From Arcobacteraceae bacterium (GTDB taxonomy: Bacteria > Campylobacterota > Campylobacteria > Campylobacterales > Arcobacteraceae), in NCBI GenBank assembly GCA_963662945.1, contig OY759974.1, positions 1,504,001 through 1,568,000 of the forward strand: DNA of 64,000 bases, written 5' to 3'. The translations under genes and the position numbers were made by a program. Below are positions 8,992-18,268 of this stretch, one piece after another (position 1 is the stretch's first letter; every line of letters starts with the position of its first letter). The notes beneath the pieces are model-generated. The model was not told the DNA's origin. It worked only from the letters and a program-made list of their open reading frames with translations, and made no database searches.

Positions 8992-9780
8992 TTAATTTTT
9001 TAATTGATTTACTATTTGAAGCATAGTATCAGTTGTCGTGATTGACTTTGAGTTTGCTTCATATCCTCTTTGTGCCGTAATTAGGTTTACCATTTCTGTT
9101 ACAAGTTGTACATTTGAACCTTCTAACATACCTTGCCTAATAGTTCCCATACCATTTAGTCCTGGTGTTTCATCAATAGGGTCTCCTGATGTATCAGTTG
9201 CAAGGTATAAACTATCTCCTTGAGGTGCTAATCCAGAAGGATTGATAAAATTTACTAATGTAATTTGTCCAAGTGTTTGTACTGCACCTGTTGCTGGTTC
9301 AGTTGCTGAAACTGTACCATCTTGTGCTATAGAGATATTTATAAGATCTTCAGGAATAACAATTTCTGGTTCAACTTTGTATCCTAATCCATTTACTAAA
9401 GTCCCTTCACTATCAAGTTTAAAAGAACCATTTCTCGTGTATGCAGTTTCTCCTGCTGGTGTAGTAACTTGAAAAAAACCATTCCCTTGTATAGCCATAT
9501 CATAAGTATTCCCAGTTTCAAGTAAACTTCCTTGCGTAAAGTTTTTTTGAATACCTGCAACTCTAACTCCTAACCCAGTGTCAATTCCTGTTGGATTATT
9601 TGTATCTGCACTAGTTGCTCCAGCAGTATAATTTAAAGATTGGTACATAAGGTCCTGAAACTCGGTTCTATCCTTCTTGAATGCTGTTGTATTAACGTTC
9701 GCTATGTTGTTTGAGATAACATCAATGTCTTGTTGTTGTGCAACCATTCCAGCTGCTGCTGTGTGAAGTCCTCTAATCAT
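8992..9780 (-). CDS. flgG: Flagellar distal rod protein FlgG
   Basis: MIRGLHTAAAGM, SNNIANVNT, FQDLMYQ, YTRNGSF and LEGSNV...MVNLITAQRGYEANSK; 262 aa. Confidence 0.95.
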   Translation of the reverse strand: MIRGLHTAAAGMVAQQQDIDVISNNIANVNTTAFKKDRTEFQDLMYQSLNYTAGATSADTNNPTGIDTGLGVRVAGIQKNFTQGSLLETGNTYDMAIQGNGFFQVTTPAGETAYTRNGSFKLDSEGTLVNGLGYKVEPEIVIPEDLINISIAQDGTVSATEPATGAVQTLGQITLVNFINPSGLAPQGDSLYLATDTSGDPIDETPGLNGMGTIRQGMLEGSNVQLVTEMVNLITAQRGYEANSKSITTTDTMLQIVNQLKN

Positions 9781-9854
9781 TACATATCCTTCTTGTTTAA
9801 GTTCATTAATTTTACTAAAATTATTATTAAATATATATAAAGTCTAAATTAAGA

Positions 9855-9881
9855 TATAATTTAAAGAAAATTTAGTACAAT
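9855..9881 (+). promoter_or_regulatory. Candidate sigma70 -10 elements in the divergent flgG/cheY intergenic region
   Basis: TATAAT at 9855-9860 and TACAAT at 9876-9881, upstream of cheY. The region is very AT-rich, so specificity is low. Confidence 0.4.
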
Positions 9882-9914
9882 GTGATGAGATATTTAATAT
9901 GAAAAAGGGATGAT

Positions 9915-10283
9915 ATGCGTATATTAATTGTAGACGATAGTTCAACTATGAGAAGAATAATTGGAAATGTTGTTCAGCAACTAGGTGTTTCAAAAGAAGA
10001 TTTTGATGAAGCTGAGGATGGTGTAGTTGCATGGAAACTTTTTCAAGAAAAAAATAATTATGACGTTGTTCTTACAGATTGGAATATGCCAAATATGAAT
10101 GGATTGGATCTTGTAAAGCATATAAGGACAGCTAATAAAACAGTTCCTATTGTAATGATTACAACTGAAGGTGGTAAGGGAGAAGTTATTACAGCTTTAA
10201 AAGCGGGAGTTAATAACTATATTGTTAAGCCATTTAGTGCAGATATATTAAAAGAAAAACTAGACGGACTAGTTAAGGGATAA
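9915..10283 (+). CDS. cheY: Chemotaxis response regulator CheY
   Basis: VDDSSTMRRI, TDWNMPNMNG, MITTE, YIVKPF; single receiver domain. Confidence 0.95.
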   Translation: MRILIVDDSSTMRRIIGNVVQQLGVSKEDFDEAEDGVVAWKLFQEKNNYDVVLTDWNMPNMNGLDLVKHIRTANKTVPIVMITTEGGKGEVITALKAGVNNYIVKPFSADILKEKLDGLVKG

Positions 10284-10286
10284 CCT

Positions 10287-11135
10287 ATGAGTATGAGTCA
10301 AGCAGAGATTGAAGCACTTATGAGTGGTGCTGAATCTATAGAACCAGATGAAGTAGAAGAAGTATCGGCTGATGAGCAATCAAATGAAATTGCTGAAGAT
10401 GTACAAACTGAAGTACAAGAGACTCAAGAGAGTGAAGAAGCAACACCAGACACTGTAGAAGATGATAATAGTAATATAGATGATATCTTAGCAGGTATAG
10501 ATGGTATTGTTGATGATGGTAATGAACTAGAAGAAGAAATTGCAAATAATATAGAAGAAAAAGAAGTAAAAAAAGAAGAATCAATTGAAGATTTAATTGA
10601 TTTAAATCAATATCCTATGCCTGTAAAAAATGAAAATAAAGTAGTAAATCAATTAAATGAAGTAGCTGATGACAGTGAAGAAAAAGCATCCCAAATTTTT
10701 GATGTGTTAAGTTTTATTCTTGATGAGAATAATGAAATTCAAAATTACAATAAAAGTATGGGAGAATTTATAAATACTCAAGTAGAATTATTAAGTGCTT
10801 TATCTAAAAAATTTCCAAATATAGATGTTTTTAGTGATAATTTAGAAATAGCAAAAAATCTTGTTGAGGCTTCTCAAAATTTATCAGCAAAAGTTGATGG
10901 TGAGAATAATAAAGTTTTTGAAGCTATGGAATTAATGCAATATCACGATATAAATCGTCAAAAAATAGAACGAGTAATGGCAGTTATTAGAAAATTAAAT
11001 AGTTACCTAAATGGTATTTTTGAAGATGATAACGATAAGCCTGAAGTACAAATAGCAAAACATATCTCAGGGGATTCTAATGATATTGTTGGTGCAGATG
11101 ATATAGACTCATTAATTGCAGAGTTTTCAAATTAA
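10287..11135 (+). CDS. cheZ: Epsilonproteobacterial-type CheZ phosphatase
   Basis: MQYHDINRQKIERV (DxxxQ), C-terminal DDIDSLIAEF; lies directly after cheY. Confidence 0.8.
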   Translation: MSMSQAEIEALMSGAESIEPDEVEEVSADEQSNEIAEDVQTEVQETQESEEATPDTVEDDNSNIDDILAGIDGIVDDGNELEEEIANNIEEKEVKKEESIEDLIDLNQYPMPVKNENKVVNQLNEVADDSEEKASQIFDVLSFILDENNEIQNYNKSMGEFINTQVELLSALSKKFPNIDVFSDNLEIAKNLVEASQNLSAKVDGENNKVFEAMELMQYHDINRQKIERVMAVIRKLNSYLNGIFEDDNDKPEVQIAKHISGDSNDIVGADDIDSLIAEFSN

Positions 11136-11144
11136 GGATAAATA

Positions 11145-11867
11145 ATGACACAAGGACTACACCCATTAGCAGCTAATATGGTTAACCAACTGAATAGAGT
11201 TGATGTATTGTCAAATAATCTAGCAAATGCGAATACAAAAGGCTTCAAAGAAGATAACTTAGTAGAGGGGTCTTTTAATCATTATTTAGATAAAGCACAA
11301 CAAAAAGATGAACCTACTTTAAAACTAAGTGAAGTTATGAATACAATACCTAAAATTGATGGTGAATATATGAATCAAGAGGTGGGCTCTATAACACAAA
11401 CAGGAAATCAATTAGATTTTGCACTAAGTCAAGAAAATATGTTTTTTAAAGTTCAAAATAAAAATGGTGATATTGAATTAACACGAGATGGTGGTTTTAA
11501 AATACTAGAAGGTAGACTTGTAACACAAAATGGAAATAATGTATTAGACGATAATAATCAGCCAATAACTGTTGGAGATGATAATGAATTTGCAACAAAT
11601 ATATCTGTCGTATCAACTCAATTTTCAAATTTAAATAAAATAGGAAATAATAATTATAAAGTTAACGATTTCAATCAAGTTACGATTGTTGCAAATAGTA
11701 ATGAAAATTTACTTCAAGGTGCAATAGAGCAAAGTAATGTTAGTACTATAAAATCAATGGTTACTTTGATTGAAGCACAAAGAAAATTTGAACAAGATCA
11801 AAAAGCTGTAAATGGAATTGATGCTTTAAATAGAAAAGTTATTGAATCTATTGGGAATAATGGGTAA
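11145..11867 (+). CDS. flgF: Flagellar rod protein, FlgF-like
   Basis: SNNLANANTKGFK, TGNQLDFAL, TRDGGF, GAIEQSNV. A true FlgG is present separately at 8992. Confidence 0.8.
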   Translation: MTQGLHPLAANMVNQLNRVDVLSNNLANANTKGFKEDNLVEGSFNHYLDKAQQKDEPTLKLSEVMNTIPKIDGEYMNQEVGSITQTGNQLDFALSQENMFFKVQNKNGDIELTRDGGFKILEGRLVTQNGNNVLDDNNQPITVGDDNEFATNISVVSTQFSNLNKIGNNNYKVNDFNQVTIVANSNENLLQGAIEQSNVSTIKSMVTLIEAQRKFEQDQKAVNGIDALNRKVIESIGNNG

Positions 11868-11874
11868 TACTTAG

Positions 11875-12279
11875 ATGCAACCAAGTAGTGTAACAGATTT
11901 ATTATTTCAACAATTAAACTTTCGAGGTGAGAGACAAAAAGTAATATCATCAAATATCGCTAATATTGATACACCAGATTTTAAAACTAAAGATTTAAAG
12001 TTTAAAAATGAACTAGAAAAATCTAAGTATGAATCACAATTAAAATTAACCAGAACACACAATCATCATCTTCCTTTAATGGATAGTTCAAATAAGAATA
12101 GTATGGAATTATATGAAGTACAAGGGCTGCCAGAACAAAATGATGGAAATAATGTTAATTTAGATACACAAATGAGTAATATGTCAAAAAACTCAATTAT
12201 GTTTAGTGCTATACAAAATTCTATTAAAAAAGATTCAGCATGGTTTAAAACAGTTATTGATGCTTCAAGTAAAAATTAA
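11875..12279 (+). CDS. flgB: Flagellar proximal rod protein FlgB
   Basis: RQKVISSNIANIDTPDFKTKDL and DGNNVNLD. Confidence 0.95.
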   Translation: MQPSSVTDLLFQQLNFRGERQKVISSNIANIDTPDFKTKDLKFKNELEKSKYESQLKLTRTHNHHLPLMDSSNKNSMELYEVQGLPEQNDGNNVNLDTQMSNMSKNSIMFSAIQNSIKKDSAWFKTVIDASSKN

Positions 12280-12294
12280 TAGGATATAGGTAAT

Positions 12295-13971
12295 ATGGAT
12301 CAAATCATTAAATTTATTAATAATCTAAACTCAGGTCAAAGAGCCGTAATAATAGGTGGATTTTCTATTTTATTTTTATTTTTAATGGGTTTATTAATCT
12401 ACTCAAATATTAAAGCAAAAGATGAAGAGTTAAATTATACAATCGCAACTAACCTTACAAAAAATCAAGTTATGTTAGCAAGCAACGAATTAGATGGGGC
12501 ATCTATACCTTATTTAGTTGTAGGAAGTGGTAATAATCTTACATTAAAAACAAACAAAAATAATATAAATGTTGCAAAAATTAAATTAGTTACAAGTGAT
12601 GCTGCAACAGCGAAACACACAGGATGGGAAATATTTGATAAAAGTTCATTGGGAACTACAAATTTTGAAAATAAAGTAAAATATTTAAGAGCTTTAGAGG
12701 GTGAGTTAGGAAGATCACTAGAATCAATTACAGGTATTTTATCAGCATCTGTTAAAATTGCAATACCTAAAGAGTCAGTTTTTACACAAAGAAAAGTACC
12801 TCCTACTGCATCTGCTGTATTAAATTTACGTGAAGGTACAGCTTTATCTCAAAGACAAATTGCAGGAATTAAAAATTTTATCGCATCTGCTATTCCAAAG
12901 TTATTACCAGAAAATATAAAGCTTATTAATCAAAATGGTTCATTATTAGAGAATAGTGAAGAAGATATTGAAAGTTTAAAATATATTCAACATGAAAAAT
13001 ATAAAACAAAATTAGAATCAGATTATGAGAATAAGATTAAAGATCTTTTATCAAATGTACTTGGTGGAAATAGAATGTCTGCAAAAGTATCAATTGAATT
13101 AGATTTTACTAAACAAGAAATAAGTCAAGAAATTTATGATCCGGAGGGGACAATTAGAAGTCAACAAACAACTGAAATAGCTAGTCAATCAGATGCTCAG
13201 GAACCAAAACCAGGTGGAGTACCAGGAGTACAAAGTAATATTGAAGATCCTGAGGCTCAAAATGGTTTGAAAACAACAAAAGCATCATCAGAAGAAGCTA
13301 AAAATGTAACAAACTATGAAATTTCTAAAAAAATAATAAATCAAAAAAATAATGCTTATGCAAGTATTGCAAATATAACAGCTGCAGTAACATTTGATTC
13401 TAAAATTTTAGAAAAGATTGAAAATAAAGAAGAGTTCTTAGCTGGTTTGAATGCTATTGTACAAGAAGCAATAGGATACAAAGAGAAAAGAGGAGATAGA
13501 GTTACTGTAAAAGCTTTTAAATATTTAGAGATAGATGAAAAAACAAATCAAGCACAACAGCAAGAGGATGCTTCTTTAGGTGTTTCTAGTGTGCAAAATA
13601 TATTTAAAGAATATGAACAATATATTCAATATTTAATTGCAATGATTTTATTATTTATATTTTATAAAAAATTTATAGCAAATAATGAAATTGCATTAAT
13701 GGGTGAAAATAAAACTGTTGGTACAAATAACTTAGACGAAGATTTTGAATTTAGTGAGTTTGATACTAATGATGCAAGAAGTAAATTAAAAGCTAAGGTA
13801 AAAAGTCAAATTTTAAATAACTTAGATGGTTTAGATGCTGAAGAAGCTGCGAAGTATGAAGTATTAATTGAACAGATAGATAAAGCAGTTTCGGACAATC
13901 CTCAAGATATAGCACAAATGATAAAAATGCTACTTCAAGAGGGCGACAGCAAGTTTAAGTCGAAAGGGTAA
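12295..13971 (+). CDS. fliF: Flagellar MS-ring protein FliF
   Basis: Two TMs, GWEIFD, RALEGELGRSL, PTASAVL, RSQQ, GGVPGVQSN, NYEISK. Confidence 0.95.
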   Translation: MDQIIKFINNLNSGQRAVIIGGFSILFLFLMGLLIYSNIKAKDEELNYTIATNLTKNQVMLASNELDGASIPYLVVGSGNNLTLKTNKNNINVAKIKLVTSDAATAKHTGWEIFDKSSLGTTNFENKVKYLRALEGELGRSLESITGILSASVKIAIPKESVFTQRKVPPTASAVLNLREGTALSQRQIAGIKNFIASAIPKLLPENIKLINQNGSLLENSEEDIESLKYIQHEKYKTKLESDYENKIKDLLSNVLGGNRMSAKVSIELDFTKQEISQEIYDPEGTIRSQQTTEIASQSDAQEPKPGGVPGVQSNIEDPEAQNGLKTTKASSEEAKNVTNYEISKKIINQKNNAYASIANITAAVTFDSKILEKIENKEEFLAGLNAIVQEAIGYKEKRGDRVTVKAFKYLEIDEKTNQAQQQEDASLGVSSVQNIFKEYEQYIQYLIAMILLFIFYKKFIANNEIALMGENKTVGTNNLDEDFEFSEFDTNDARSKLKAKVKSQILNNLDGLDAEEAAKYEVLIEQIDKAVSDNPQDIAQMIKMLLQEGDSKFKSKG

Positions 13972-13974
13972 TTA

Positions 13975-14985
13975 ATGTCAACAATACAAGCAAATTATGA
14001 ATTACTGACAGGTATGCCTATGATAGAAAAAGTTGCACACTTTTGTGTACTTATAGGAGAAGAGGCAACAGTTAAAATTTTTCAAAGTTTACCAAAAGAG
14101 ATTGTTGAAGATTTATCTATTCAAATATCTCAAATAAGATCTATTGATAAAGCTATATCACTGGCAATATTAGAAGAGTTTCACCTCTTTATTAAGTCAA
14201 GTGCATATATTAGTAGTGGTGGATTTGATTATGCAAAAGATATTTTATACAAGTCATTAGGAAAAGCAGAGGCGGATAAGGTTCTTGCAAAATTAGCAAG
14301 AATGCAAGAAGCAAAACAATCTTTTGCCTATCTTGATAATATTGATCCAAAACAATTAGCTGACTTTATTAAAGATGAGTCTCCTCAAACAATAGCAGTT
14401 GTTTTAGCACATATGGAACCAGAGGATTCTTCTACAGTATTATCAAAACTTGATGAGAATTTAAGGGTAAAAGTTTCAATGCAAATGGCTACCATTAAAG
14501 ATGTTTCACCAACAATTGTAAGATCAATGTCAAATGTACTTGAGAAAAAACTAGAATCATTGTTAGCATCGATTGTTACTGTTGGTGGTGTAAAAACAGT
14601 AGCCGATATGTTGAATAAAATGGGACCAAAAGCAAATGAAATTTTAGCAAATATTAATGGATTAGATGCAGAGTTAGCTGCAAAAATAAAAGAAAAAATG
14701 TTCGTATTTGAAGATTTATTAGCATTAGAAACAAATGATATTATGAAAGTTTTAGGAAATGTTGAAACAGAAGATTTAACAATAGCTTTAAAAAATGCTA
14801 CAGAAGATGAAATGGATACAATTAAAAGTGCTATGTCTCAAAGAGCTAAAGATAGATTTAACGAAGAGTTTGAGATGTTAGGAAAAGTGAAAATTAAAGA
14901 TATCGAAGAAGCACAAAGAAAAATTCTTGAAGTTGCAATGAGACTACTAGAAAGTGGTGAAATTGAAAGAGCAGATGAGGAATAA
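13975..14985 (+). CDS. fliG: Flagellar motor switch protein FliG
   Basis: GGFDYAK, ESPQTIAVVL, GGVKTVA, MFVFEDL, MSQRA. Confidence 0.96.
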   Translation: MSTIQANYELLTGMPMIEKVAHFCVLIGEEATVKIFQSLPKEIVEDLSIQISQIRSIDKAISLAILEEFHLFIKSSAYISSGGFDYAKDILYKSLGKAEADKVLAKLARMQEAKQSFAYLDNIDPKQLADFIKDESPQTIAVVLAHMEPEDSSTVLSKLDENLRVKVSMQMATIKDVSPTIVRSMSNVLEKKLESLLASIVTVGGVKTVADMLNKMGPKANEILANINGLDAELAAKIKEKMFVFEDLLALETNDIMKVLGNVETEDLTIALKNATEDEMDTIKSAMSQRAKDRFNEEFEMLGKVKIKDIEEAQRKILEVAMRLLESGEIERADEE

Positions 14986-14987
14986 AA

Positions 14988-15650
14988 ATGTCAACAAATA
15001 ATGTAAATACAACAGCTAGTATTATTAAGTCACATCAAGAAGCTCAACCTTATGAATTAGGAAACTTTATTTCAAATAATCAGTCTCAAAATGACCAAAT
15101 GAGAAATGTCGCTGTATTAAATGATAAAACAATTAATGGAAATGTTGATCCGGTAATTCAAGAGATACAAAAATTACAACAATCTATGATGGAAATTGCA
15201 CAAAAAGTTACCATGATAGAGAATGATGGTATTAAAGGTAGAGATTTAGATAAACAACTTATTGAAGCATTAAAAGATTTAAAACATTATTCAACTTTTT
15301 TTGAGCAAGCAACATTTCAAATGGAAACTAAACTTTTAAAAACATCATTGTCAATTGCAAAAAAAATAATTGGTATTGAAGTTGGTGAATCATCATCAAA
15401 AATTGCTAAAGAAACAATATTAAGCATGATGGACAAAATTAAAACTGCTTCAAAAGTTACAATACATTTAAATCCAAAAGATTACATTGTATTGAAAGAT
15501 CAACTAAATTTTGATTCCTTTGTAAACATTCAAGAAGATTCAAATGTAACTGCAGGTGGAGTTGTAATAGCAAGTGATCTTGGTAATTTTGATGGAAATG
15601 TAGAGTCTAAAATTCAAAGTATGCTTGAATCTCTTGATGCAATTATATAA
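14988..15650 (+). CDS. fliH: Flagellar export protein FliH
   Basis: IHLNPKD and GGVVIASDLGNFDG; follows fliG. Confidence 0.88.
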   Translation: MSTNNVNTTASIIKSHQEAQPYELGNFISNNQSQNDQMRNVAVLNDKTINGNVDPVIQEIQKLQQSMMEIAQKVTMIENDGIKGRDLDKQLIEALKDLKHYSTFFEQATFQMETKLLKTSLSIAKKIIGIEVGESSSKIAKETILSMMDKIKTASKVTIHLNPKDYIVLKDQLNFDSFVNIQEDSNVTAGGVVIASDLGNFDGNVESKIQSMLESLDAII

Positions 15651-15719
15651 CTTAAATTAAATAAAACTCAAAAAATATACTTAATCTCATTTAATTATTA
15701 TACAAAATTATATTTTTTA

Positions 15720-15728
15720 TGATATAAT
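15720..15728 (+). promoter_or_regulatory. Extended -10 sigma70 promoter for fliN-flgD-flgE
   Basis: TGATATAAT preceded by a T tract, 28 nt upstream of the fliN ATG. Confidence 0.6.
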
Positions 15729-15756
15729 ATTTGAAAATAACGGAAAAGATGACTAA

Positions 15757-16044
15757 ATGGAAATTACAACAAATGATTACGAAGTTCTAGTTGATACTGA
15801 AGCTAAGGTTGATGTGATGCTAGGTCATACAGATATTACAGTGAAAGATTTTCTAGACTTTTGTGAGGGAGATGTTATTCCTTTGAACAAATTAGCTGGA
15901 GAAGGTGGTGATATCTTCGTAAATGAAAGGGTTATTGGTACTGGAGATATTATTGTTATTGATGAAAAATTAGCAATAAGAGTTCAAGATGCCATGAGTC
16001 CAGAAAAAGTTGTTAATTTCTTTTTTGATGAAAAATCTGTATAG
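15757..16044 (+). CDS. fliN: Flagellar switch protein FliN
   Basis: SpoA/FliN domain: V.LG...I.VKD.L...EGDVI.L..LAGE..DIFVN...IG.G. Confidence 0.85.
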   Translation: MEITTNDYEVLVDTEAKVDVMLGHTDITVKDFLDFCEGDVIPLNKLAGEGGDIFVNERVIGTGDIIVIDEKLAIRVQDAMSPEKVVNFFFDEKSV

Positions 16045-16053
16045 GAGTATATT

Positions 16054-16734
16054 ATGGCAGTAGATAGTGTAGTAACAAAAAGTGCAACAGGTGTAGATGG
16101 TAATGCTTATACAACAGCTGTTAGTAATGATCAATTAACAACACAAGATTTCTTAACACTTATGCTTGAAGAGATGAAAATGCAAGATCCAACAGATCCA
16201 ATGGATAGTTCTGCTTTAATGGATAGCCAATTAAAAATGTCAACTATTGAATCAAATTTAGCATTAACAGAGTCTATGCAGGCAATGCAAGCTTCTTATG
16301 CTTCATCTGCGCTTGCAACTGCTGCTAATATAATAGGTCATGTGGTAGAAGATGGCTCCACAAATGACAAAGGAGAAATCAAATCTTATGTAGTAGAAAC
16401 TATAGAGAATAAAGATGGAGAACTTTATGTCAATGCAAAAGAAGTCATTGGAGTTAAAGATGCTTTAGTTAATAAAGAAACGGAATTATTAACAATATAT
16501 GATGCCGATGGATATATCTATGAAGATGGTGAAAAAACAGAAAATAGACTTGCATTAGATGCTAATGGAAGATTTACTTATAATGAAGATGGAACATTAA
16601 AAATAGTTGATTCTAATAATGATGTAGTTACAGATGAAGCTATTACTTCAAAATATGCCTACTATGGCTCATCTGCTGTTTATGCTGATGAAGCAACAGT
16701 CATACCATTAGGTTCAATATTAGTAGTAAATTAA
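16054..16734 (+). CDS. flgD: Flagellar hook cap protein FlgD
   Basis: DFLTLMLEEMKMQDPTDPMDS; lies upstream of the hook genes. Confidence 0.92.
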   Translation: MAVDSVVTKSATGVDGNAYTTAVSNDQLTTQDFLTLMLEEMKMQDPTDPMDSSALMDSQLKMSTIESNLALTESMQAMQASYASSALATAANIIGHVVEDGSTNDKGEIKSYVVETIENKDGELYVNAKEVIGVKDALVNKETELLTIYDADGYIYEDGEKTENRLALDANGRFTYNEDGTLKIVDSNNDVVTDEAITSKYAYYGSSAVYADEATVIPLGSILVVN

Positions 16735-16744
16735 GGATACAATT

Positions 16745-18175
16745 ATGATTACTGCAATGTCAAATGGAGTTAGTGCATTAACAGCGTTTCAAAAAGCATT
16801 AGATGTTCAGTCAAATAATGCAGCCAATGTTGGAACAATGGGTTTTAAATCTGATTATGTATCATTTTCGGATATGATGTATGATAGAAGTGTTGGTTTA
16901 GGTACAAGTATGAATAGCCCATTAAAAAGTTTTACTCAAGGGCAACTTCAACCAACAGGAAGTGAGTATGATTTTGCATTAGATGGTGATGGATTTTTTA
17001 CTGTAGCTGCACCACAAGATACAAATGTATTATATTTTACAAGATCAGGACACTTTAGTAGTGATTTAAATAATAATTTAGTAGATGAAAATGGAATGTT
17101 GGTATTAGGTGTATTACCTACAATTAGTGGTGATAGAATAACTTCAGAATATGAAAAAAGAATTGCAACATCTGTTGCTAATGGGGATACAACAACTGTT
17201 TCAACAAATACTTTTGCTACTGATTATACAAAAACAGCTACAATTACAGGTACAAGTGGACAGAATTATAAAACAAGTACTGCTAACATAAATGATATCG
17301 AAGCATTAGGTACAGCATATCAACGAGCATTAACTGCCTATGCAATAGATCCAAAAGAAGGAGAAGTTGCTTCAACTCATCAAGATATTGTAGAATTTCC
17401 TTTAATCGCAGGAGATGGAAATGAATATACAATTGAGTTAGTTATTGATGGAATAAAATTTCAACAAGATTTTGATACAAGTATTGAAAATACATTGAAT
17501 TTATTATCAGATAGTATAAATGAATATACAGGGATTACATCTTCTGTTGATACATCAACAGGAATTATGACAATAGAATCAATTGTTCCTGGTCAAAAGA
17601 TTACAGTATCTCAAGCAAAACTTAATAGTGAAAATGTATTAATTAATACAGTTAGCCTAGAGTCCGGAACTGGACAAAATTTGGTAGATGCAATTTATGA
17701 AAAGTTAAAAGCATTAATTGAATTGAATGGTGGACAAATTGCTACAACAAGAAGTGAAGTTACGAAGCCAACAAGTGGTGGTGTTTTAAATCAACAACCT
17801 ATAGTATTAGATTTAGATCAGTTAGGTATCAGTGATGAATGGTATGGTGATTTAGAAAATGATAATGGAAACCTTTATTTAGTACAAGGTGATGCTAGAT
17901 TTTTAGTTGGACAATTGGCACCAGTAATATTTGCAGATAAAAGTGGATTACAACCAGAAGGTAACAACCTTTATTCTAAAAGTAGTTCATCAGGTGAACC
18001 TATTTATGTAGAGTCTATTAGCAAAGTTGTAAGTGGTTATTTAGAAGCAAGTAACGTTAAGTTATCTGATGAGTTAGTCCATCTTTTAACATTCCAGAAA
18101 GCATTTGAAGCAAATTCAAAATCAATAACAACATCTGATGAGTTATTAAAAACAGCTCTGGCACTTAAAAATTAA
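16745..18175 (+). CDS. flgE: Flagellar hook protein, short FlgE paralogue
   Basis: SNNAANVGTMGFK, FTQGQL, FTRSGHF, LEASNVKLSDEL...FQKAFEANSK. Confidence 0.8.
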   Translation: MITAMSNGVSALTAFQKALDVQSNNAANVGTMGFKSDYVSFSDMMYDRSVGLGTSMNSPLKSFTQGQLQPTGSEYDFALDGDGFFTVAAPQDTNVLYFTRSGHFSSDLNNNLVDENGMLVLGVLPTISGDRITSEYEKRIATSVANGDTTTVSTNTFATDYTKTATITGTSGQNYKTSTANINDIEALGTAYQRALTAYAIDPKEGEVASTHQDIVEFPLIAGDGNEYTIELVIDGIKFQQDFDTSIENTLNLLSDSINEYTGITSSVDTSTGIMTIESIVPGQKITVSQAKLNSENVLINTVSLESGTGQNLVDAIYEKLKALIELNGGQIATTRSEVTKPTSGGVLNQQPIVLDLDQLGISDEWYGDLENDNGNLYLVQGDARFLVGQLAPVIFADKSGLQPEGNNLYSKSSSSGEPIYVESISKVVSGYLEASNVKLSDELVHLLTFQKAFEANSKSITTSDELLKTALALKN

Positions 18176-18180
18176 AGTGA

Positions 18181-18227
18181 CCAGATTTAAGTAGTTATTG
18201 CTATTATGCATAACTACTTAAATTTGG
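18181..18227. repeat. Inverted repeat with 18-bp arms between the two flgE genes
   Basis: CCAGATTTAAGTAGTTAT (18181-18198), 11-nt spacer, ATAACTACTTAAATTTGG (18210-18227); one mismatch. Confidence 0.9.
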
Positions 18228-18268
18228 ACATTTAACTATGTTCATAATTATTATATAAAGGAATCATC

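Noticed and set aside
7284-9472. Several short plus-strand ORFs
   Set aside because: They are antisense to well-supported minus-strand genes and have low-complexity shadow composition.
18159-18175. TGGCAC as a sigma54 -24 box upstream of the long flgE
   Set aside because: There is no TTGC/-12 element at the required spacing, and it lies within the coding end of the upstream gene.
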